From: an uncultured delta proteobacterium
GTDB lineage: Bacteria; Myxococcota_A; Polyangia; Polyangiales; Polyangiaceae
Direction: 5' to 3'
Length of the DNA stretch: 64,000 nt
Assembly (NCBI GenBank): GCA_963806225.1
Contig: CAWDXG010000004.1
Span: 1,696,001-1,760,000 of the forward strand
Position 1 is the first letter of the stretch. Every line of letters begins with the position of its first letter. The position numbers and the translations under genes are program-made. The notes beneath the pieces were generated by a model, which saw only the letters and a program-made list of their open reading frames with translations, searched no databases and was not told the origin of the DNA. Below, piece by piece: positions 1 to 9,971 of the stretch.

Positions 1-1801
1 TCCACAACGATGCGCGCCGCGCGGATCGGCTCCCCGAGGCCCTTGAGCTCGGCGGAGAATCGCTCGACAACATCGAGATCGCCGAGCCAGCCGCGCTCGA
101 GCGCGTCATCGGCGGCCTTCTCGGTGAGCACGATCTCGCCCCCGTGGGCCACGCCCTGGAGGCGGGCAGCGAGGTTCACGCTCTGGCCGAAGTAGTCGAG
201 GATGCCGTTCGCGGTCACGACGTAGCAGGGTCCGGCGTAGACGCCGATCTTGAGCTGGTTTCCGCTCGCGTCCGCGGCCTGCTTCCGGAACCCGGTGAAC
301 GCCTCGTGCATCTGCACCGCGGCGGCGATCGCCGCGCGCTCTCGCGCGAACGCGGCCATCACGGCGTCGCCGATGGTCTTGACGATGGTGCCTTCGTGCT
401 CCTCGACGATGCCGCGCAGGAGATCGAAATGATCCTGGACCACGTGGAAGGCCTTGGCGTCGCCCAGTGCGGTGTACAGGGCAGTCGAATTGGTCAGATC
501 CGTGAACAACAGCGCAACGCGCGCCACGCTCAACGTCACGCCGGGCCTGAGCAGCTCACCGGCGAACTGCCGGCGGAAACGCGGCAGCGTGCTCAAGAGG
601 TGCGCCGTCGCCGCCAGATCAGCGTAGTCCTGTCGTTCGAGCTTCACGTGCCGCTCGCTGCCGTCGTCTCTGCACGACGCGCACGACCGCGCCCGGGGCG
701 AGCTCGACGGAACCGGGCGACAGCGTGTCGCCCAGGAGCTCGAGCTCCACGCTCCCGCTTCCAGCTTCGGTGACGTGCGCGCTCGCGACCGCTCCGCCCC
801 TGACGAAGATGCGATACTGTCCGGGCTCCGCCGCCACAGCGAGCTCCGCCGCGCCGTCCGGCGGCAGGATCGCCTGTGCCACGACGTGAGGCGTTCGCCG
901 CGGTCCGCCGATGCAGTACGGCCCCTCGTCGATTTGCCGGATGGAGCGCGCGGGTCGGAACGTCGCTTCCACCGCCCGGTCGAGCCCGAGGTCGAACTGG
1001 ATGTCGCACAGCTGGCAGTGCGCGCCCTCGGCCAGCTCCGCCAGCGATTGCCTGCGATCTGCCGCCGTGCGGCAGCTCGGACAGACGATGTCCCAACCCA
1101 GCTCGAGCAATCCCGCGCGGACGCCGAGCAGACAGGCTTCCAGCATCCGCCGCCGGTCCACCCCCCAGGCCTCCGCCAGCTCGAACGGGCGGATGCGGCC
1201 CACGTCCGTGTCCGCGCCCTTCTCCACCAGCAGCACCAGACGCCGTCCGCAGCTCGCGCTCGTCCTCGTCGTCCGCCTGCCCTTCGAGCGCACGCGCCGC
1301 GCGCTCGAGCGCAACGCGGTCGGGACGCGATTCCAGCGTCTCGATGTGCGCGCGCTTTCCCTGGGCGAGCGCGGCGTCCATCTGCGCGATCTCCCTCATC
1401 ATGCGTCGTGCCACGCCTCCGGCAGAGACGCGCACCAGCGGAGCCACCACCGCCGTACGCGGCTTGATCGCGATGCGTAACGTGACGCGGGTGCCCGCAT
1501 CTTCCGGGTCGAGCCGGATGGTCGTCTCCAGCTCCCGGGCGATCCCTCCGTGCATCACGCGCCGGACGCGGAAGAATCTGTTGGCCACCCACTCGAAAGG
1601 GCGCTCGTCGTACTCGATGGGGATGCCGCCGGCGACGCTGCGCACGCGGTAGCGGGCGGCGCTGTCGTCGCTCTGCTCCGTCAACCCGAGCCGGCCGAGC
1701 CCGACCGCACGATTCATGCGCTCGGTATCCGCCACGATGCTCCACATCGCCTCGGGCCGAGACCGGCACCTGAGCGTCTTCTCGACCACCACCACCGACA
1801 C
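1..1801 (-). CDS. Class III adenylate/guanylate cyclase with N-terminal SRPBCC-like domain and central DUF5939-like (CxxC...CxxC) domain; two frameshifts (~1250, ~660); 3' end runs off the window
   Basis: Joining three frames gives ...AMWSIVADTERMNRAVGL... / ...WDIVCPSCR...HCQLCDIQF...YCIGGP... / ...LLFTDLTNSTALY...IVKTIGDAVMAAF...LKIGVYAGP...DYFGQSVNLAARLQ (cyclase catalytic motifs). GTG start at 1801. Confidence 0.85.
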
Positions 1802-1910
1802 CGGTCCCAGGCTACCACGCTCTGACCGCTGGGCCGGGCGCCATGCCCCACTCCGGCCGGCACGCCGGCGACCCTGGCGCGCCCTCCCTGCGCGGTGGTA
1901 GTCCAGGGCC

Positions 1911-3602
1911 ATGACGACTGGAATCGAGCGCGGCAGAAACGACCTCCTCGCTTGGGAGGAGAACAAGCCGAAGAACTTCTTCACCTCCGACGACAATCTC
2001 GGGCGCGTGCTCGAGCTCAGGCTCGGCAAGGAGCGCTACCAGGCGGAGAAGAAGCGCCTCGCTGAAGTCGGCGAGATGGTGGGCACGGAGCTCAGCGGGC
2101 TCATGCTCCAGACCAACCACGACGACAACCTGCCGCGGCTCGAGCGCTACGACGGCCTCGGCGTGCGCACGGAAGAGGTCGTTTTCCACCCGAGCTACCA
2201 CGAGGCGGGACGCCTCATCTGGCAGACGGGCGTGCTGGGCGACTACAAGGAGGCCGGCAACGAGACGCTGCAGATGGGCATCATGCACATGCTCGCGCAG
2301 CCGGGGGAAAACGGCCACAACTGTCCCCTCGCCTGCACCGCCGGCCTCATCAAGGTGCTGCAGCGCGTGGGCAACAAGCAGCAGCAGGACCGCTGGCTGC
2401 CCGGCCTGCTCGACACCGACTACGAAAAGCGCATCCATGCCTCGCAGTTCCTGACCGAGGTGCAGGGCGGCTCGGACGTGGGCGCCAACGCCGTCGTGGC
2501 GAAGAAGGACGGCGACGACTGGCGCATCCACGGCGAGAAGTGGTTCTGCTCGGTCATCGATGCGCAGCTGTTCCTGATGACGGCGCGCCCCGAGGACGCA
2601 CCCGGCGGCACGCGCGGGCTCGGTCTGTTCGTGGTGCCGCGCAACGTCGACGGCCAGGTGAACGAGTTCAACGTGCGGCGGCTGAAGCGCAAGCTCGGCA
2701 CGCGCGCCATGGCGTCGGCCGAGACGGACTTCGTCGGCGCCCGCGCCTACCAGGTGGGCGAGCTCGACCGTGGCTTCAAGAACGTGGTCGAGCACGTGCT
2801 CAACACCTCGCGCATCTTCAACGCCATCTGCTGCGCCGGAGCCATGCAGGGCGCGTACCGCGAGGCCGTGGGCTTCGCGCGCCACCGCACGGCTTTCGGA
2901 CAGGCCATCGGACGCTTCCCGCTCGTGCAGGAGGCGCTGGCTCTGCTGCGCGCAGAAACGCTCGGCGCGACGGCGTCCACGCTGCGCCTCGTCTCGCAGG
3001 CCGACCAGATGGCCCTCGGCAAGGGCGACGACGTGCTGGCCGGCGCCTGGCGCGTGGGCGTCAACGTGAACAAGTACTGGACCGCCGTCCGCAACACGCA
3101 GATGGTCCGCCAGGCCATCGAGGTGCTCGGCGGCAACGGCGTGATCGAGACGTTCACGCCGCTGGTGCAGCTCTTCCGCGACTCGATGGTGCTGGAGAGC
3201 TGGGAAGGCACGCACAACGTGCTCGTGCAGCAGGTGCTGCGCGACTCCGAGCGCTACGGCATCCACCGCGCGTTCATGTCCGAGCTGCGCGAGTCGGCCA
3301 AGCGCCTGACGCTGAAGGGCGACGACGTCAAGCTCCGCGATCGCATCCTCGGCGGCATCGACGTGCTCGAAGGCGGCTTCAACAAGCTCGCCGACGGCGT
3401 CGGCGACCAGCGCTTCGGCCGTCGCGTGGTCGACCAGGCCGCCGTCAGCCTCGAGCTCGTCGCCCTGCTCGAAGAGCTCGCCGCCTTCCCCGACGACGGC
3501 GCCAAGCGCGGCGCCATCCAGCTCATCGCCGACCAGCACCTCCGGGCCGAGCTCGCGCCGCCCGCGGACATTCCGCCGGGCCTCGTGCCCGCGTTCGACT
3601 GA
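1911..3602 (+). CDS. Acyl-CoA dehydrogenase (AidB-like subfamily)
   Basis: Motifs FLTEVQGGSDV, IHGEKWFCS, RRLKRKLGTRAMASAE, EVLGGNG, SWEGTHNV; strong GC3 codon bias. Confidence 0.92.
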   Translation: MTTGIERGRNDLLAWEENKPKNFFTSDDNLGRVLELRLGKERYQAEKKRLAEVGEMVGTELSGLMLQTNHDDNLPRLERYDGLGVRTEEVVFHPSYHEAGRLIWQTGVLGDYKEAGNETLQMGIMHMLAQPGENGHNCPLACTAGLIKVLQRVGNKQQQDRWLPGLLDTDYEKRIHASQFLTEVQGGSDVGANAVVAKKDGDDWRIHGEKWFCSVIDAQLFLMTARPEDAPGGTRGLGLFVVPRNVDGQVNEFNVRRLKRKLGTRAMASAETDFVGARAYQVGELDRGFKNVVEHVLNTSRIFNAICCAGAMQGAYREAVGFARHRTAFGQAIGRFPLVQEALALLRAETLGATASTLRLVSQADQMALGKGDDVLAGAWRVGVNVNKYWTAVRNTQMVRQAIEVLGGNGVIETFTPLVQLFRDSMVLESWEGTHNVLVQQVLRDSERYGIHRAFMSELRESAKRLTLKGDDVKLRDRILGGIDVLEGGFNKLADGVGDQRFGRRVVDQAAVSLELVALLEELAAFPDDGAKRGAIQLIADQHLRAELAPPADIPPGLVPAFD

Positions 3603-3705
3603 GCGCGACGTCCGCGGCGCCGCGCCTGCCGCGCTGCACGGTTTCACCTCACGCGCCACGCGCGAGTCGTGGAGGCCACGCGCGCGTACGTTGTGTCCCC
3701 GGGGT

Positions 3706-3880
3706 CGGGTCACGCTCTCCACCGTGACGGTGTTCGAATGCTTGCGCGGCTATCGCGCTGCCATCCGGGCCGGTAAGCCGTTCGAGGAGCGGGAGCAGAG
3801 CTTCCGCCCGCTGGTCGCCGTGACCCGTGTGCTGCGCGTAGATGTGGACGTCGCTGAACGCGTGGCCGCGTTGTGGGCCC
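3706..3880 (+). pseudogene. Possible remnant of a PIN-domain (VapC-like) gene
   Basis: RVTLSTVTVFECLRG...SFRPLVAVTRVLRVDVDVAERVAALWA resembles the central S-x-x-T-x-x-E-x-x-x-G ... VL-x-x-D segment of PIN proteins. The N-terminal DT and C-terminal D-x-x-IAA motifs are not seen. Confidence 0.3.
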
Positions 3881-4133
3881 CGGCGGCGTTTGCCTTCTCG
3901 ACTGGACGGGCCAAACACGCGCCGCGCGCAAACCCCGCCGATCGCCACCTGCTCGCGTAGCGCACCTCTGCCTGGAGTTTCCAGGTGGCGCTGGAGGGTT
4001 TCCCAAAGATCGAGGGCGCGAACGCGCCGACGGACGGTTGACATCAAAGACCGGCAGAGCGCACTATCGATGTTGCCTCCCGTCTAGGGACGAGATTCGC
4101 TCGCCCGGGTGCGGAGACACGAAGGAGGCAACG

Positions 4134-7116
4134 GTGACTGGATACGGGATACGGTGGCTTGCAGTGCTGGCCCTGGTAAGTAGCACTGCTATGTGGAACT
4201 GTACGTCCGCCCCCCCCCCAACGGCGTGACGTGCCCGTTGGGGCAACGTCGCAGGCGATCTTTGGCGGCCACGATGACAGGCCCGAGACGCCGGGCAACG
4301 ATGACGTCGTCGCGCTTCCGGGCTGCACGGGATTCCTCTTCACGTCGGTCATCGGCATCGCGGCCGCGCACTGCGACTTGAAAGTTGGGCAGAAGGTACA
4401 CGTGGGGCTCAACGCCCCGGGCGGTACCGCCGGACCATCCCGGGCTGTACGACGGATCGTCGACGTCCAGAACTTCATCTCTCCCTCCATTGCCGTTGAC
4501 CCTCAAGCACCACCGAACGTCATCGCCCGGGACGTGGCGTTGTTCCGGTTCTGGCCGCCAATCACCGCGAACGCGTCCCCGAGGAAGCCGTCGCTCGAGA
4601 CGCCATCCCTGAACGACGAACTGCTGCCGTCGGCAGAGTTCGCTGGTGGAATGTCCGGCTACGGAGCCGACGGCATCGACTTCACGACGAACAAGTACGT
4701 CTTCCCAGATTATCGCCAGAGCTACATTTCAAACGATTTCAAGGTTGCTCGTTTGAGCGTAGGCAGCGGGCTGGCAGTGTGGATTCACACGGCACCTTTC
4801 ACGTCGGGGCCGAATGTCCTGCCGGGCGACTCCGGCGGCCCGCTCTTCACCCTTCCATCACCGTCTGACCACGACACCAGAAATGTGATCGGAGTCGACT
4901 CGCACGTATCTTATGGCGCACCGAACAACCCGTTCTGCGATGCGACGGGTAACCTCTTCTGCGGGCCTGACACCGTCAGCAGCCTGTGGGCAGATATCAC
5001 CGCCCCGACCATCAAGTCGTGGATTCTGCAGTACGTCGACCCCAACAGCACCGGCAGGTGGGAGGGAGAAACGGACTACCCCCGCACCCAATTCAAGAGC
5101 TTCTTCGACGATCCGGCCTGTCACGTCGGCGACGACGCCGACTGCGATTTCGTGAACGACTATCACGACAACTGCCCGGGCGACTACAACCCGGACCAGT
5201 ACAATTTCGACGACGGCAGTGCTGACCACTACCAGGCGCTCGACAACAGCGACCCGGGCGACGCCTGCGACCTCTGCTGGCGGGATCCCGGACCGATCGA
5301 CCAGCCCGACTGCAACAAGGACGCAGAGATCCTGAAGTGGTCGCAGTACCGCCAGAACCTTACCGAAAGCAACGTCGTCGGCAGTCCGACGGCACCGTAC
5401 GGTGCCGTCTCGCCACTCCTGGCCGCCAACCGCGATCACTACAAAGGAGATGAGTGCGACAACGTCGCGTGCACGAAAGTGGCGACCACGACGAGCAAGG
5501 TGCCCACAGGGATTGCCAAGCCCGGTCCTTTCTGCCAGGGCCTCGGCAAGAACTTCGAGTGTGGTTTCGGCTCCAACTCGCGCATCCAGCACGATGGCCG
5601 CATTGTTGCTCTGCTCAGTGGGGAAATGGGCGGAACCGGGTATCGCTATTGTCCCTGTGCAGGCCCGCTGGACAAGCACCCGGACCTGCGAAAGTACTGC
5701 CTCATGGGAGCGTCCGCGCCCTGCCCGTGGCATGCGACCGCTTTCAACTCCGCCGCTGTCCACAAGCTCAAGACGGTCAACCCATCCTTCACCGCACTGG
5801 GCACCACGACCGACCAAGGCACAACCGAAACGTTCACGTCCAGCCCCAAGCCGACGCCACCCAGTTTCAATTGGCAGTGGTGGCAAGATTACAACAGCAT
5901 TCAGGGGACTAGCATCAGTTTCCCGATCCCGTACGCCGCCGTCGGCTCCTTCAAGCTGGACGGGGTCATCTGGTCGAGTGTCCGCGACCGGCCCGCGCTT
6001 TCCCAAGACATCCAGGACTTGGAGAGCTACTGGCACGGCGTCCATCTGCGACTGAACGAAGGCGTCGCGCCCGACTACATCGCAACGATCGTGCCCTCGC
6101 AGTGGGTCTACCCGGGATGCCCCACCTGCCCGTGGGGCTTGCACCTGCCGTATCTCCTGGGCCCCGACCCCGCCTATCTACCGGGTCGCGTATTCGCGGG
6201 GCTACCCGGCGGCGGAATCGACATCACTTCTGCTGCAGATCCATACTTCGCGGAGCTGTTCGACGCAGTTGGCACCGATCCCGATCTGACCTTCGTGCCT
6301 GCGGTCGAGAATGGTGCCTACCTCGCCACGCTGGACGAGGACTTGCCGACCCTGGCAGCCCTGGACGCTAAGACGCTGCAGCCCCGCGGCTTCCTTACCG
6401 AGTCAGCGAGCGGCATGCTGACCGGCTACTCGACCGCACCTGTCGGGGAAGTGCCAGCGAGGCAGCCGGGCCAATCGACGTGTCTGGCCGCGCTCCGCAC
6501 GTCCAACGCGCCAACCGAGGTCCACGCCTCGCTCTCTGCGACCGAGAAGTCGATGTACCTCTTCACCGGATCGCCAGGTGTGCCGAGCGCGGTTCTCGAC
6601 TACGATATCGTCACTCATGAGTGCACAGAGCTCGTCGGTCCGCTCCCGCTCGACACCGAAGCGGGGGAGGATCCCGTAGGCCAGCCGCTAGGGCTCACCT
6701 ACAACGCCGTGCAAGGCTCGCTCTTTGCGGTCGATCGCGAAAACCGGGAGCGCCCAGCGCCGGTCCGCGTGCTCCGCATCGGCATGGATGGGAAAGTCGG
6801 GGTGCTGGCCAAGATCGCATCACCGTGGACGGGAAGGCTATTCCTGGCGACGGGGCAGGACGGGGAGCTTGTGGTCGCCTCCAACCACAAGCAGTCGAAG
6901 CATTTCCGCGTGATGCTCCTCGACGTGCGCGGGAAGATGCCACGCAGTGTTGCACGCTACACGGGTCACGGTTCGCTGGTTGCCGCGCCCATGCTCGACG
7001 AACGCGGGCTGTATCTGGCCCTCGCTGGCTCGCCAGGAAGGCCGCGCTTTGTCCAACTGGCGCGAGACAATCTACAGCACCCGAAGAAGTCGTCGCTGGC
7101 GTGGGTCTTTCGGTAA
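4134..7116 (+). CDS. Secreted/lipoprotein trypsin-like (S1) serine protease with thrombospondin type-3 repeats and a large C-terminal region; frameshift in C10 run 4210-4219
   Basis: AAGGAGG (4122-4128) precedes GTG 4134, which encodes a signal ending ...STAMWNC. After the C run the long frame has SQAIFGG, CTG...AAAHC (His), DVAL (Asp), GDSGGP (Ser) and DDADCDFVNDYHDNCPGDYNPDQ...GDACD (TSP3-like). Confidence 0.85.
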
Positions 7117-7118
7117 CC

Positions 7119-8541
7119 ATGTCCCGGCGCGTGCTAGTCGCGCTTGCCTCGTTAGCGCTGCTCCCACTGGCAGCCTGCTCGGGTTGCGGCCAGGAACCTC
7201 GCGCGTTGAGCGAAGCCGGGACGGCGGGTCACGGCGGCAGCTCGGGCGCGGGCCCGGCGGACGCCGGCGGAAGTGCCGAAAACACCGGGGTCGGAGGGAG
7301 CGGCGGATTCTAGCGCTGGAGGCATTGGAGGCGACCCCTCCGACGCCGGTGGCGACGGCTGGGCCACGGATCCCACCGCGTGGAAGAATCCGCCCTGGAA
7401 TCCGCCGGGCTGCAATGTGCTGCGTGCCACGGACCTCGCCAAGGCGCTGCCGCACCTGGAATGGGTGCCCTGTCAAAACGGCATCAAGGGTTGCGTTTTG
7501 ATGGACACCTCTCAGCTCCCTGGGCCGGGATCCTACAGTCCGAACATGAAACTGGGCGCTCTGGCCGGAGTCTACCAATACGGGATGAGGACGATCTTCA
7601 CCGTCGGCGTGCCCTTCAGCCAGTATGACTGGGCGGAGGCAATGTACGAAGTCGGCAAGGGGCCGATCGCGGCATGGCGTGCGAAAAATACCGAACCGTG
7701 TTCCATGGGGCGCGCGTACTTGTGGAAAGGCGGCGTGCTGCAACAGACCAACCTGCCGGCTGACGGAGGCCTGGCAGAGTTGATTCAATACGGAACCGTC
7801 GATCAACTCGTGGCGGACACGGCGCCCCGCATCCGAATCGACGGCACGGTCACGGGGAATGCGCAGCTGGGCGTCCTGTCGGGCGAGCTAGGGGTGTCAC
7901 AAATGGCGCTCGAACTCGGCCCAGGCGGCAGCAGCGTCTACGTGTGGGACATGAGCTCCGGGAAGCCCGTCGCGACGCCCAAGCCCGCAGGAAGCTGGGA
8001 TGACTACAACATGACCGTGAAGGGGAGTGAGGTGCTGTTCGAGCGAGACGGGGATGTGTCGAAGGCGGGCATAGCGCTCCGTCATAGCGACGGGAGCGTG
8101 GTCATGCTGTACGAGAAGCCGGGGGTCTGGGTATCGTGGCTCGCCAGCGACGGCACCGACGTAGTCTGGCAGGAGCTGACGCAGTACGACGGCGGAAGTG
8201 GCAAGCTCGAGCTCTGGGCCAGCCCGTGGGCAGACGACCCGTCGTCGTTCAACCCACGCAAGGTGGCGTCACTGCCAGGAAGCTTCTTCGTCGTGGGCGG
8301 CTATTCGGGTGGTGGGTACTACCCATTCTACCTGGACGACGGTACAATCCGAGCCGTACGCTTGTCCGACGGCGCGCACATCGACGTTCCCGCCCCACCG
8401 GGGTATGGCTGGATCAATCCGTGGGGCGTCGTGAACGGCGAGATCTGGTGCCCGGTGCACATTCCCCGCAACGCGGGCCTGGGAGTGCCGCGCAGCATCG
8501 CCCGCATCCCGCTCGCATCGCTCGGAACGCCCACGCCGTGA
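7119..8541 (+). CDS. Lipoprotein of unknown function (Gly-rich linker, probable beta-rich domain); frameshift ~7300
   Basis: ATG 2 nt after the protease stop; MSRRVLVALASLALLPLAAC lipobox; continues in the 7273-8541 frame (WATDPTAWKNPPWNPPGC...LPHLEWVPC...SIARIPLASLG). Confidence 0.75.
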
Positions 8542-9185
8542 AGCCCGCGGCGGCGCTGGGTACGCTCCTTCTGTGCGCAGCCGCGAGCGGAAAGGCCCGC
8601 GCCGAGGTCGCCGCGGGCGGCCCACATCGATTTGCGCCCGGGCGTACAGAGGTCGGCCTGCGACTGGGCGCGGCGCGACCGTTTTGTAGCTGCTCGCCTC
8701 GCTTCGGACCGGAGGTACGGCTCCAGCTCCTGGCAGCGGAATCCCGCATCTTCAAGCTCGGGGCTTCGGCTGGGTACGCCCGCTTCAGCTACGTGCGACC
8801 GGACGCCCCTGGACGCGACACCGCCACCACCACCAGCCTGCGCTTTGCCATGCGGCTGTACCCCGTGATGCGACGCCGTGCCGGCCTGTACTTCGACGTC
8901 GGCGTCGGGCTGGCCCACGCGACGATGAACGACGCCTCGACGAATACCGGGTACTCGACGGACAGTCCCACGCTGGGAGTTGGCGCGGGCATCCCGATCG
9001 TGATCGCCGCGTGGCTGCGACTCGCCCCCTACGCCGCAGCGCTGCTCCATACGTCCGGCGCGCAGAGCTGCAGCATCGCCACCGGCAGCGCGTCGACTGC
9101 GGGGTCGCACTGCCCCGGCCCGCGCCCGGCGCACAGCGGCTTCGTCGGTTTCGGGCTGGAAGCGACGGCACTGCTCGGGCTCTGA
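8538..9185 (+). CDS. Putative small outer-membrane beta-barrel protein
   Basis: GTGA overlap with the upstream stop; signal peptide; alternating amphipathic strands (EVGLRLG, GLYFDVGVGLA, LGVGAG, FVGFGLEA). Confidence 0.55.
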   Translation: MKPAAALGTLLLCAAASGKARAEVAAGGPHRFAPGRTEVGLRLGAARPFCSCSPRFGPEVRLQLLAAESRIFKLGASAGYARFSYVRPDAPGRDTATTTSLRFAMRLYPVMRRRAGLYFDVGVGLAHATMNDASTNTGYSTDSPTLGVGAGIPIVIAAWLRLAPYAAALLHTSGAQSCSIATGSASTAGSHCPGPRPAHSGFVGFGLEATALLGL

Positions 9186-9202
9186 CCAGGCGCTGCGCCG
9201 CT

Positions 9203-9508
9203 TCAGTACGGCGTCACGAGCGGCTTCTTCGTGAAGTTGCCCCAGAAGCGGCTGTACGACAGCGCGACGGTGTAGCCGCGCGCGGGGGCGACGTTGACCG
9301 GGTAGCGGCGCGTGCGCTTCAGCGCTCCGAGCTCGATGGTCGTGTCGACGAAGTGCTGACCGGGCAGCACCTCGACCGTGCGCTCGAAGCCTTCGCGGAA
9401 GCTGCCGTCGTAGATCGGCTGTCCGTTGACGCTGACCACGATGCGCACGTCGGTCAGGAAGAAGCCGGGCTTTTCGAACATCACCGTCAGCAGAACCGCG
9501 GAGCTCAT
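9203..9508 (-). CDS. Small hypothetical beta-sandwich protein
   Basis: ATG 9508; MSSAVLLTVMFEKPGFFLTDVRIVVSVNG...YSRFWGNF; protein-like composition and GC3 bias. Confidence 0.7.
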   Translation of the reverse strand: MSSAVLLTVMFEKPGFFLTDVRIVVSVNGQPIYDGSFREGFERTVEVLPGQHFVDTTIELGALKRTRRYPVNVAPARGYTVALSYSRFWGNFTKKPLVTPY

Positions 9509-9668
9509 GACACCGCGTTGTACGCCAGACGCGTGCGGCGGGTTCCCCCTGAGCGCGCGCAGGCGCGGAGCGGCGAGCACGCGATTTGGGGGAACCCCGC
9601 GCCGGAGGCGCGGGCGCGATCGCGACGGACTCTGCGAGGGGGCAACGGCTGCGGACGGCGGCCGGCGC

Positions 9669-9872
9669 GGGCATTTTGGCCTTCAAGCCCGGGCTTGCTC
9701 GCAGAAATGCCCGTTTCGCGCGCATTTCACCGCTCCCGGATGAGCTTGCTCACCAAAATGACCGGATTCCGGGCATTTTGACCTCCAAGCCCGCGCTTGC
9801 TCACCAAAATGACCGTTTCGCGGGCATTTTGGCCTCCAAGCCCGGGCTTGGGCGCGGAAATGCCCGTTTCCA
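9669..9872. repeat. Four tandem 51-bp imperfectly palindromic units (REP/BIME-like array)
   Basis: Units start at 9669, 9720, 9771 and 9822; consensus about GGGCATTTTGGCCTCCAAGCCCGGGCTTGCTCACCAAAATGMCCGTTTCGC. Confidence 0.9.
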
Positions 9873-9971
9873 GGCCCCGCCGCGCCCCGCCGCGCCCCAC
9901 CGCGCCCCGCCGCGCGCCGCGCGCTCCCGCAGCGCGCGGCGCGCGGTTGATCCAGGATCCGCGCCTTCGCC

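Noticed and set aside
9669..9872. CRISPR array
   Set aside because: Units are contiguous 51-bp repeats without unique spacers, and there are no cas genes in the window.
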